A stretch of 21,917 nt of DNA from Oopsacas minuta. Its lineage: Eukaryota > Animalia > Porifera. The translations under genes and the position numbers were made by a program. Positions 1 to 9,779 of the stretch are shown in pieces. The DNA is taken from NCBI GenBank assembly GCA_024704765.1, contig JAKMXF010000117.1, positions 1-21,917 on the forward strand, given 5' to 3'. The first letter of the stretch is position 1, and each line of letters begins with the position of its first letter. The notes below the pieces were generated by a model. The model was not told the DNA's origin, did no database searches, and saw only the letters and a list, made by a program, of their open reading frames with translations.

Positions 1-489
1 GATCATTGGGCCACCAAAGTAATGTACACCATATTTTTCGATGCACACGGTCCAGTCTGCCAAATCTGTACTCCTAAGGGGCAAACAGTTACCGGGCACT
101 TTTATGCAACAGTTGTTCTTCCGGAAATCGAAAAACATTATATTGAACGTCGGCCAGCCACGGGTCTTAGAGGAATCAAAATTTTGCATGATAATGCCAG
201 ACCGCACAAATCTAAGGAAGTCAAGGAAAAGATTGCTTCTATAGGTCTTGAGGAATTGGAACATCCACCCTATAGCCCTGACCTAGCACCTTGCGACTTC
301 TGGCTATTCGATGGGCTCAAAAAGCACCTAGCAGGTACAGTTTTTGGAGAACGGATGCAAATTGGAAGGGCCATCCAACGGTACCTCAGAGACATACCAC
401 AAGAAGATTATAAAAAAACATTTTTCAAGTGGATAGAGCGTTTAAAGCTTGTAGTTGAGCACAAGGGAGACTACTTTGAACATTTATAG
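1..489 (+). CDS. Mariner transposase, partial (catalytic C-terminal half), frame open from base 1
   Basis: KVMYTIFF...ILHDNARPH...HPPYSPDLAPCDFWLF...GDYFEHL*. Exactly 34 residues lie between the last two Asp. No stop or frameshift in the visible part. Confidence 0.9.
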   Translation, partial: DHWATKVMYTIFFDAHGPVCQICTPKGQTVTGHFYATVVLPEIEKHYIERRPATGLRGIKILHDNARPHKSKEVKEKIASIGLEELEHPPYSPDLAPCDFWLFDGLKKHLAGTVFGERMQIGRAIQRYLRDIPQEDYKKTFFKWIERLKLVVEHKGDYFEHL

Positions 490-563
490 TAGCATTTGAG
501 GCTTATCTCACTTATATAATACAAATATTCTAAGAGTTACGAATTAAATGAATACCCTTTGTA
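1..563 (+). mobile_element. Mariner (DD34D) element, 3' half, cut by the window start
   Basis: Transposase C-terminal half followed by a TIR-like end AAATGAATACCCTTTGTA and a TA at 564-565. The reverse complement TACAAAGGGTATTCA resembles the AGGGCGTTCA core of the other mariner TIRs here. Confidence 0.92.
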
Positions 564-565
564 TA

Positions 566-626
566 ATGCCTAATTGTGCCATGTGTCAATTGTGGCTGAG
601 TGTTCCAATTCTTTGGCCTTAGAGTG
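566..626. mobile_element. Probable Tc1-like terminal fragment
   Basis: The reverse complement reads TA-CACTCTAAGGCCAAAGAATTGGAACACTCA, similar to Tc1-family TIRs (CACT...GCCAAAAGTATTGG.AC). TA at 627-628. No partner TIR in the window. Confidence 0.35.
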
Positions 627-1363
627 TAAATATTTTCAAAAATAATATTTTTTGATATTTTTTGGACAAAAACATTTATTTATCGCTATTACGAATTGAA
701 ATCTTTGGGTTTTTAATTTCTTGTGAAAACCTATTTATCGCTATTATTAATTTTTATATTTACCAGGACATATTATACTAACAAGTAAGCTTCGCTTTCT
801 AGCGCTCCGCGACGTAACGTTTGAATAACCCTATTATACATAGTATAGATATTGAGTATATATTCATTACATTTAAACCTTAAGAACGACTTAATGTTTT
901 ATAGACCACATTAATCAATCATTCTACTTTATAATCTTAAGTAGCCTTTTGTGAAAGTTGTCTATATTTGCCTGTTTGTCACCGTTGCCATTGGCTATTT
1001 TCGGCATTTTGAGCGCATTACTCGTTTAAATATATTTTCATGCTTACATTTGTATTCCATTAACATTTTATTTAATCTCCGCTGAATAATTAAGGGGTAT
1101 GCATACTCTATTTTTTGAAAATTATCGAAAGTTTTACAAATTTTGGTTTTATTGTATTTTTGGCACATTTTCAATCTCTCTTTCAAATTTCAAACAGCCT
1201 TCTGATATAATTATTGAATTATTTCGTTTCTATATAACTCATTTTCTCAATTTCGATGTAAACTTCATCATAATATTGTTTCGTTTATTGCAAACTTCCT
1301 GGATTATGACTTTGATAACATTTGATAAATATATTTGTTTGTGATAGTATTTTTTTTAATTTT

Positions 1364-1500
1364 GTTATGGCCCAGTGGTTGTGCTAGTGACCTCACCACT
1401 ATCATATAGTAAGGGTACCGGGTTCAAACTCCTGGACTGGAAGCCAATCAGAATAATCAACTAACCCAGACTGCAACACTGTGGCAATCTTATTGATACT
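1364..1500 (+). mobile_element. tRNA-derived SINE-like sequence or tRNA pseudogene
   Basis: Perfect Pol III A box TGGCCCAGTGG (1368-1378) and a B-box-like GGTTCAAACTCC (1421-1432, one extra base versus GGTTCGANNCC) at tRNA-like spacing. It is followed by a non-tRNA body. The 3' boundary is approximate. Confidence 0.55.
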
Positions 1501-3032
1501 TGGTTCAATTCACATTACCTTTCACTAGAATCTAATATGGTAACGCATTTTCCAAGAATATCTTTTATATTTAAATTTCTTATTTATGTTATGAATGTAC
1601 TCTTCCATCTTGAAACTTTAGTGCGATTTTGTGTTGTATCTATCTTAAGTTTTGCTATTCCATTGTTTGATAGTTCTCTATTGTATGAATTTGTGGTACA
1701 AATTTTAGAGTTCTATTATACACAATTTCTGAAATATTCTGGATTTTGTCCGATAAAACCTCACAATAGATTGACACTATCTGATTGTATGGGTATATAC
1801 CACCACCTAAACTTTGAATATTATTGTGTCAAGATGTTGTGAAACTTTCAGAATGAGAGAGACATTTGTTGCGTAGATGATATGAGTTCTTCTTTATCTC
1901 GATTTTCTAAGAATATCTTTGGCTATATTTTTTCTATGTAGCATTTCCTATATACAAGGTTAATTCAGGAACTCAACGGTTTGGATACATCTAAGGACTT
2001 ACTGCCTAATAGTCGAGCTCGTTTTTCAACTATGACTATGAAAAATTTTATATTTCAAAGTTATATCCTTCGATGTCGTAACGGTATCACAACCAACATT
2101 GACCACAATATTGTTCCATACTGTAAAATGAAATTCCAGCTCGAACACTAGTTAGTTCAATAGATAAGGAACGAATCAGATTCGCATTCTTTAAAAACCT
2201 GTCTTAATTAAATGAAAGTTTGGTACTCGTTGTCATAGTCTATGTCGTATGCATCGTGCATAGCTCGGATATTATTGGTGTTGAATATGCGTTGAATTCT
2301 ATAGTTTGGAAACCTCTATCGTAATATACATCTGTAGCAAATTCAATTACCATATTAGATAGATAACGGATGTTTGTTATTAAATATTCAATTGAATACA
2401 ATTATAATATTAATTTAATTTAATTAATTAATTAATCCTTATATAGCAGTTGGCTAGGAATATGAAATTGAAACAATTTATTGTTTGCTAATTAGTCTGC
2501 TGAATAATTGATATATCAAAAGTATACACAAGAATGTAAGATATTGTATGGTATACACAAGAATGTAGAGATTTAAGATATTGTGTGGACTGTTAGGTAT
2601 TAATCCATCGTGTTTAAATCCAAGAAATTTCTTGAAAACTTCAATTGTTCTAACTATTGTGGCAGATGGAGCAGAATGCTTAAATTCTCGGTAATTCTTT
2701 ATTAGAAAAAGACAGTGTTTCATCCAGGCCTTGGTAAGGAGGTGCAAATGCACCCAAAATACACCGTGAGAATCATTATTATCGTTTTATTAGTTCCATT
2801 AATAATAAATGATTTACATTCGTTCTTACATAAAGCTATTTTGAACTTCTTTTCTATTTTGATCAGAAAAATTCTAAACAAAATAATGCACTGCAATACT
2901 AAATACAAATGATGATAATCTATACAATTACACGCAATAGATAGTTTTGCCATTCTTGTGGGAGGGTCTCCGTCCTCAGTCAGTAACAGCAAGAGCCAAT
3001 AAATATTGTCTTAAAAGTGCTTTGAAACATTT

Positions 3033-3202
3033 TGTCGTGCCGACTATAGTATAGTATAGTGGGCCAGCAATGAAATCACTATTTGTGTTATTTGTGTGCA
3101 GCTCTTATTTGGAGGTCCCCTAATGGCATGAACAATATATGACTTCCGTCCGCGCGTTCATGCGAAATCTAGCTGTCCGATTAACATGAAAATCGGTACA
3201 CA
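3033..3202 (+). mobile_element. Possible Helentron-derived non-autonomous (DINE-1/HINE-like) fragment
   Basis: Starts after a T run with a short imperfect inverted repeat (GTGCCGACTATA 3037-3048 and TATAGTGGGCCA 3055-3066, 9/12). It then has TCCGTCCGCGCG and CCGATTAACATGAAAATCGGTACAC, a layout reminiscent of DINE-1-type elements. Confidence 0.33.
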
Positions 3203-3204
3203 TA

Positions 3205-3312
3205 CAGTGGAGTCTCCCAAAACGGACACTCCCAAAAGCGGACAATACCTCTACAACGGAAAAGCTCTTGGAACGAAATATGTTAATATTACATGTAATT
3301 AATTCTTATCAA
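3205..3312 (+). mobile_element. pogo/Tigger-type terminal fragment
   Basis: TA (3203-3204) then CAGTGGAGTCTCCCAAAACGGACACTCCCAAAAGCGGACA, a CAGT-starting TIR with an internally repeated CGGACA motif. It is interrupted at 3313 by the next MITE. Confidence 0.45.
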
Positions 3313-4342
3313 CAGACATAGGGTCAAATACATATGTATGTGTATTTGAAAGTATTGAAATACTTTTTTTCAAGTATTTGTATTGTATTTGTATCTTAAC
3401 TTTCTCTAAATGAGAGTACTTATATTTGTATTTAAATACTTTACAAATACGATCAAATATTTATTATACTCCCATAATAAATTCCAGTTATTCTTGTATA
3501 GGTAGATGAAAATTAGGCAATAATATACATCAGAGGTCCCCAACCTACGGCCCGCGTTCCCAAAAGTTCTGGCCCGCCAAACCCTAGCTCCAATTTGCCT
3601 ACTCTTATGTATTCGCTTACTACTAACAAATTAGTGCCACTTTGCCAACTCAATGAAGCGTATTAATTAACACCTTTTTTTGATTACTGCAACAGTCAAT
3701 ATATAATTTTGGCTTGCCTATATGTATTCTCTAATACTATTCATATATTGTGTAATCTCTTGTTTACTGTCTAGTTTAACGAATGCCTACATATATACGT
3801 AGTTTCTCATTAACATGTTAGTAAAGTGTAGTATTAGTTCAATGCTAGTTACTAAGAAATGTGTGAAGTAGTCCTAATTGCTTACTCTTAGGACATAAGA
3901 CATAGGGTATAAAAGAGAAGTTTGGCCCGCCTGACTCACATATTACTAGGAACTGGCACTTGGTTCTAAAAGGTTGGGGACCGCTGATGTACATAGTAGA
4001 ATATTATCCAGCTACATGGTAGTCATTAGGTGATAGTATAGTATTGGTTTTTTTCATAGTTAGATTATGTATAAATGTGAATTGTATATTCATCATCATT
4101 GGTTTATTAATTAGAGACGGGTACGGGGGGATGAGAATTTTGTTAATATGATAACCATGGTCTGGGCAGAACATATTATAATTTGCATCGGTTTTGGCTA
4201 ATTGTATTTGCATTTGTAATTAATTACATTCCAAAGTATTTATATTTCTATTAAAAATATTGTCATTTAAGAGTATTTGTATTTGAGACTTTCATAAGAA
4301 TTTGTAGTTAAATTGTTTTCAAGGTTTTTGACCCGATGTTTG
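3313..4342. mobile_element. Non-autonomous TIR element (MITE) with GTATTT subterminal repeats, hosting a nested MITE
   Basis: Terminal inverted repeat CAGACATAGGGTCAAATAC versus reverse-complemented right end CAAACATCGGGTCAAAAAC (16/19). GTATTTG/GTATTG repeats cluster at 3330-3460 and 4195-4290. No clear TSD. Confidence 0.55.
3531..3986. mobile_element. hAT (Buster/Charlie-type) MITE, 456 bp, complete
   Basis: TIRs CAGAGGTCCCCAACCT and AGGTTGGGGACCGCTG (15/16). Flanking 8-bp TSD ATATACAT/ATGTACAT (7/8) with central TA, the nnnTAnnn preference of the Buster family. Subterminal GGCCCGC motifs at both ends. Confidence 0.87.
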
Positions 4343-4429
4343 ATGATTTATCATATTTCGCACCTTTCGCATATTTTCTAAATCATGCTAGAGATTTCGT
4401 TCTAACTGCTAGTAAGGACTAATCCGGTA

Positions 4430-5761
4430 CTAGGGCGTTCAATAAGTCTTGCGGGTGATATCATAGAATATGATATAAACACTATACACACTAATTCATT
4501 ATATTATTTATTCAAAGTAATCCCCTCCTGCAGATACACAAAGTTTCAACCTTTCCGCCCACTTCTAAAACACATTTCTGTACTCTTCTTCGGGGATGGA
4601 TTTGAAGTACTGGTACAGGCCCGTTCCGAGTGCTTGTAATGTGTTAAAATCTTTGCCTTGAAGGTAGATTTTGAGCTTGGGGAATAGCCAAAATCACACG
4701 GAGCTAGGTCTGGTGAGTATGGTGGACGGGGAAGTAATTCTAACCCTTCTACATCCAAGAAATTTTTGGTAAGCTTAGCTGTATGGGAACTGGCGTTATC
4801 AATTAAAATCTTCATTCCTCGAGTTCCGGTTTTTGGGCGGTACTTTTCTATATCTTTTATCAAATTTGGAAGCACTTGCTCTGGAAAGAAAGTAGCAGTA
4901 ACAGCCTTGCCACTCTTACAAGGTAATTGCAAGACAATTCCATGACTACTGAAGAAGATGGTATACATAATCTTAGGTATTCTGAAGTCGGGCATAGGAA
5001 TTTTGGCCGGTTGTTCGTCGCCCCTCACCCATGATCGCTTCTTATACTTGCTATATGGTGCTGAATAGTACACCCACGTCTCGTCACCAGTAATAATCTC
5101 TGTTAGGCGTCTTGAAGCGCAGTTCTCATAAGTTTCCAAGAGTTTCTTGGCAATATTCAGTCGTGCCAACCTTTGATTCTCATTGAGCTTATGTGGGACC
5201 CATTTCCCACAAATCGAACGGTAGCCAAGCTCAGTCGTCAGAATTGTATGAATACTGCCGGTGAAATCTCCATTCTTGTTCTAACTGATTGACAGTAATG
5301 CACTTGTCTTCCATGACCATACTTTCAATCAGTGCGATATTCTCTGAAGTGGTGGCGGATACCTGTTTTCCAGATCGAGGTAAATCTGTGACATCAGCAT
5401 TATCAGATCTAAAACGGGCAGCCCATCACTCTACATTAGATCTGGGAGGGCAATCCACGCACAATACCTCTTGTAGCTCACTGAAGATCTGTACGGGCTG
5501 GATCTTGAGTTTTGTACAAAACTCTATGTAAGCTCGGCATTTGAGGTTGAAATTATCATCTTTTGGAGCCATAAATTGAACAGTAGGTATGAATTGACAA
5601 CAAGTAATTATCTCAATAAATCATAATTTGTATTGAATAAGGTTAAAACTTTCAGTATATGGAGTTTAACTATATGGGCTTATAATATATAAAAGTTAGA
5701 TATATTACTTGACTAATTCCTAAGATATATCATGACCCGCAAGGCTTGTTGAATGCCCTGA
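4430..5761 (-). mobile_element. Mariner (DD34D) element, full length, defective (copy A)
   Basis: TIRs CTAGGGCGTTCAATAAGTCTTGCGGGT (left) and TCAGGGCATTCAACAAGCCTTGCGGGT (right, reverse complement). TA flanks at 4428-4429 and 5762-5763. Confidence 0.95.
4508..5572 (-). pseudogene. Mariner transposase pseudogene (copy A)
   Basis: MAPKDDNFNLKCRAYIEF...KWVPHKL...ITGDETWVY...IDNASSH-(D34D)-YSPDLAPCDF...GGDYFE*. In-frame TGA at 5426-5428, TAG at 4565-4567, frameshifts near 5270 and 4690. Confidence 0.93.
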
Positions 5762-7429
5762 TATGCGGATACCAATTTTAATTTTTTTAAATCCTTAAAT
5801 CAGTGAATAATCATATAATTAGTCCTATTCTCACAACTTTTAACACCTATTTTAAATTATTGGCAAATATGTTGTTTCAAAAGTAATACAAGGGGTAATT
5901 GTATGATAATCATTTTGGATTCTAGCAATAGGATTTGTGGATCAAACAGGAAGTTAAGTAGGGGACTAATAATTTTTGATCCCCGAAAATATTTCTCTGA
6001 TCCAGAATCCCAAAATCTGTCGGGGTCTGTTGCGTTGCGGCACTCTACGGTGGGGTCAGGGAGGCGTGCTCCTCCTGCAAAGATCGAAACACAGCCCTAA
6101 GATGACCTACCAGTATGTCTGCTGGACATTTATTCTATATTTCTTTATCCTTTCTCCGTTACCCAACCGAAACTTTTTTTCCGAATTGTATTTGGTTTTT
6201 CGTAAATTTTATACTAGGAGCAAAATCGTAGTAAGTGGTTACATAGAGTATACGTAGGTATTAATAAACCTTAACAAACTAGTGCACATTCACTATACTA
6301 TGAAAAATGTAGATATCCTGGATAATTTGATGAAATTTGAAACGGGAATAACTCGATAAGTAAACTGTTTGGGTAATACTTACACTCGATGAAGTCTAGT
6401 TGATACCAGGACTGACACATTGTGAAGTAGTTGCTTGATAAATCTTAGGTAAATTTCAATACAGAACTTATCCTCAACGATTTTGATACAATAAAATTCA
6501 CAAATCTTGGCGAGTTTTCTAGCCTCCTGCAAGTATTCAGAGACCTACGTTTTTACCTTCCCGTTGACAGTCTACACATCTATGTTAGTATATTTGCATT
6601 TGCTCTCTCTGTCTATTTGTTCATTGTCTACGAAAGGATTTATGATATGCAATTTTGAATTTGAATTTCACAATTCCTATCAGCGCATAACTATGTACCC
6701 CATTAATATATTGGAACTATCCTGAATCCGATTTTCACACTTGAATTGATCAATCTCCTCATATGGCTGAATTTGTACACGGAAAGGAATACTTGATACC
6801 CCCTTAACTACAAATATATTCCTATGTTCTTCTAAATCATTTGTTTAGGAGAAACTCCTCCATCGACCTTATCATATATAAGTGCAATGCAAAATCCATC
6901 GTTAAATGCAGCATATACTCACAAATGCAAATCTTGCAATAGTGCTAGATGCCCTTGACGCTGGAGATGCTATATGGCTTTTGATTAGTAATCTCCGCAC
7001 TTCGTTACTCGTGTATTAAGAAATTCTGAAATTTTCGATATTTTTGTACAGTCATGGTGACATCATAATCCCATGATGAGTTAGCTTTTGGTCAAACTCA
7101 TGATATCATGACATTCTTCCCATTGTGAGGTTCCTGTGATATAATTTCAATCTTCTATCACTTGTATTGGTTGAGCAGTGGTTGATAATGTGATTTTTCA
7201 AAATCCGAAAAGGTGACAATTACTTCATCATTTCATCATAGGTGTGTCCAAGACTCGGACTTATCTGAGCCATGGCCAGAATACCCCAATATACCAAAAA
7301 TCAGCCCAGGGGACTCCAGTTTCTTCAATCAATTCTGGACATATATATATACACATATAGATTAATTGCATTTAATAGGGGCGCATGCAATAGGTCGAAT
7401 TCCTTGTGTTGGCATTAGATAGAATTTTG

Positions 7430-7523
7430 ATGTTGTCGATAGATCAAATTCTATTTTAGCTATGTTGACGATAGATTGAATTCGATTTTAGCTATGTTGT
7501 CGTTAGATCGAATATATTTAGCT
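7430..7523. repeat. Tandem minisatellite, about 3 x 32 bp
   Basis: Units start at 7430, 7462 and 7494: ATGTTGTCGATAGATCAAATTCTATTTTAGCT, ATGTTGACGATAGATTGAATTCGATTTTAGCT and ATGTTGTCGTTAGATCGAATATATTTAGCT. No spacers. Confidence 0.85.
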
Positions 7524-8263
7524 TTAAATATCACTTTTTGAAGGCCATTTCCTATTTGGATGAACAGGAATGCTTCCCTAAATTCTAGAATAACCTAAAC
7601 AAACGTTATAAAACCAAAAACTACAGCGATCAGACATTTTGCAAAGTTTTTTAATAAATGAAATCTCCCAGGCCCATAAGGTAGTGAACTAAATTCTAAT
7701 CCCATCCCAATGGTACGGGTTTATAATTAATACAATCATTCCACACCCATTACAAATTTCAAGATTTTGTTCTTACTGGAACCCTCAATCAATTCCGAAT
7801 ATGACAAATACTATTGTGTTGCAGTGCTTTATACCTACAAGATTAACATATTAATTTGACATATTTACAGTGTATCTAAGGCATACTTGCCAACCTTAGT
7901 TGAGAAATATGAGGCACTGAGGCTACTAATTTAATTGGACATCGCGGGGCGTAGCATATTTGTATTAGGCTGGACTGCAAATTTCCAGATAATTATGGGT
8001 TTAGCAAGTTTTGGCGAAACATTGACTTGATCGGCTCTCAAGAGATATCCAAAATTTCGGATGTCCAGCAACAAACTGAACAGTTGGCAACTATCCTTTG
8101 GTGTATTTCTTGCAATTAATTTGCCACTATTATGTTCTTTCCTGATTTCCGTTTCATTACATTATACTCTGAACTTGTTTTATAGTTATATTAGAAATCT
8201 TCAGCATCTATTCATAATTGTGTTTTATCAACTTACATTGATTGCTACTTTTCCTTTATTTAG

Positions 8264-8431
8264 AAATGTTCGTCAAGATTTTGCTCTTCAAGAAGCTTTA
8301 TCAATATTTGGTGCAGACTTTGACTTCAATGAATTAGAGCAGTCTCTAGAATACTCTACGGTCAATTCTGTCTTAGAGGATGATAATGTAAACTCTTCTT
8401 GTGAAGATGATGATTTATCCCTTTCACAAAG
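8264..8431 (+). CDS. SPT6: Probable internal coding exon of transcription elongation factor SPT6 (N-terminal acidic region)
   Basis: Encodes NVRQDFALQEALSIFGADFDFNELEQSLEY...EDDNVNSSCEDDDLSLSQ. About 16/26 identical to the human SUPT6H segment as I recall it ([26 protein letters not shown]). Preceded by a pyrimidine tract and TAG (CTTTTCCTTTATTTAG), followed by AAG|GTATTG. Length 168 nt, frame-preserving. Confidence 0.63.
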
Positions 8432-8689
8432 GTATTGATATTTTGATTTCTCCATCTAGTTTTCTAAAATCATTTTATATCCTTATCATTTTCTTATTCT
8501 ATCTTTTGCTCCCCGTTTTTACAATTTTGCAGAATTTATATATATACACCTGTTATGGATATAATGAGCGACTATCAATCTGCATAAGCTTTACCAGACT
8601 ACATTCTCCAAGGAAACTTAATTATAAGTCCATTTTTCTTCAAATTTCGTTTCTCCAGTCTTCAATCTTTAGAAGGATTTTTCATTTAT

Positions 8690-9779
8690 CTCATTGATCA
8701 AATTTTCTGACTAGAGCTGAATCTTAGCAAAATTGCTTCATGATGATTTTCATAGTTGGAGTAGATTTACAAACCGCGGTTACCAGTTTTATCCTTTTTT
8801 TCTCCGCCTCAATATGACATGGAATATTTAAAATTTTATTCCGCCTTCTTCAATCCATGTTTTCGGTACCTCTTCGGTGATATCTTTTGTCAGCGGAGTT
8901 TTATTCACCTACTCTAAATCCCACTTAATAAATTCATGTGATCATTAATTGAAAATTCCAGTTGATATTTTCTAAATGCGTAGGTGGGAATTGTTTGAAA
9001 ACCAATTCAATGAACGTCTTCTTATTAATATAGTTTCAACAGCACTCTTTCTTATTTTTATATCGGAGTAAACTATCCTACTAAATGTACATTTTAGCTG
9101 TGTGAAAAGTAACAATTTCTCTTCATAACTTGTTGTAGGGCATCTTTCTCGTAGGATCTGAAAAATTGTTCATTAGTTTGTAAATGAAAACAAAGTTTTT
9201 GCGTCCAGCAATAAAATCTGAATTCATTTTTCTTTGAAACCATCCAGATATGAATATCCTAAATTTTATACTTGTCGATCCATTGCTGGATCCAATAGTC
9301 AGTGTGCATTGACGGACTATGTTATTTGCCTGCGTCAACCTTCTAGCATGTTGTAGAGGGCCTGGACTACGTGTCGCATAATGACATTTCTTTTTGCTCG
9401 AACATACATACTAAATGATGCTTTTCTGGAATCTCATTTGAGAAATATTGGCATGATCATGTTGATCTGATTTATCAGAATTTATTAATATCTGAGATTT
9501 TACTTTCATCACTATATTCTAATATTTACTCAGATTGAATCTCTTTACTTTACTATTTTCTTTGCCTTTTTATTCATTCTTCCCTAGTTGTCAATTTTAC
9601 CTATCATTAGTCAACTGGTACCAAGCTGATCAAGATCAAAGTCCCTTTAGAAGGTTATACTAGGAGGATTAGGAGTATAATGACAGTTTTCATACGTTAT
9701 TACAAGTTGATAAATATTCATTAACTAGGAATATTTTGCAAAATCAAACAGCAAGTGCAGTTTTAAATTTATTATGTAT
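8690..9779 (-). pseudogene. Heavily degraded hATm-like hAT transposase relic
   Basis: Minus-strand fragments in the expected order: SPGPLQHARRLTQANNIVR (about 9314-9368), VMKRNCYFSHS*NV...KSAVETIL (about 9030-9135) and IPCHIEAEKKRIKLVT (about 8775-8828). They parallel QPGPIHHARWTTLANRLLR, VIQRNS...PENLL and YPCHTQAVERTIQLVT in the element at 11854-14025. Boundaries approximate. Confidence 0.7.

Noticed and set aside
640-835. Possible TE end (TATTTATCGCTATTA twice, terminal GAATAACCCTATTA)
   Set aside because: No partner terminus, TSD or coding remnant, so no family can be supported.
2522-2590. Direct repeat GTATACACAAGAATGTA at 2522 and 2551
   Set aside because: Simple local 29-bp tandem duplication with no further structure.
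3055-3065. TATAGTGGGCC also present in reverse complement at 14632-14642, suggesting paired ends of an 11.6-kb element
   Set aside because: Similarity stops at 11 bp, there is no TSD, and each site has a simpler local explanation.
5893-6099. hAT end reading TAGGGCTGTG on the minus strand, with GGATT/AATCC motifs
   Set aside because: No partner TIR or TSD found, and the motif is short enough to be chance. The overlapping short ORFs have no recognisable motifs.
7430-7523. CRISPR array (32-bp partly palindromic repeats)
   Set aside because: Units are directly adjacent with no spacers, are diverged, and lie in a eukaryotic context with no cas genes.
7881-8096. Small MITE bounded by GCATACTTGCCAAC and GTTGGCAACTATCC (12/14 inverted match)
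   Set aside because: No TSD (TATCTAAG versus TTTGGTGT) and no subterminal symmetry. It may be real but is not supportable here.
8061-8438. 125-aa ORF as a complete single-exon protein
   Set aside because: The first 67 or so codons are T-rich, intron-like sequence ending in a pyrimidine tract and AG. Only 8264-8431 looks coding.
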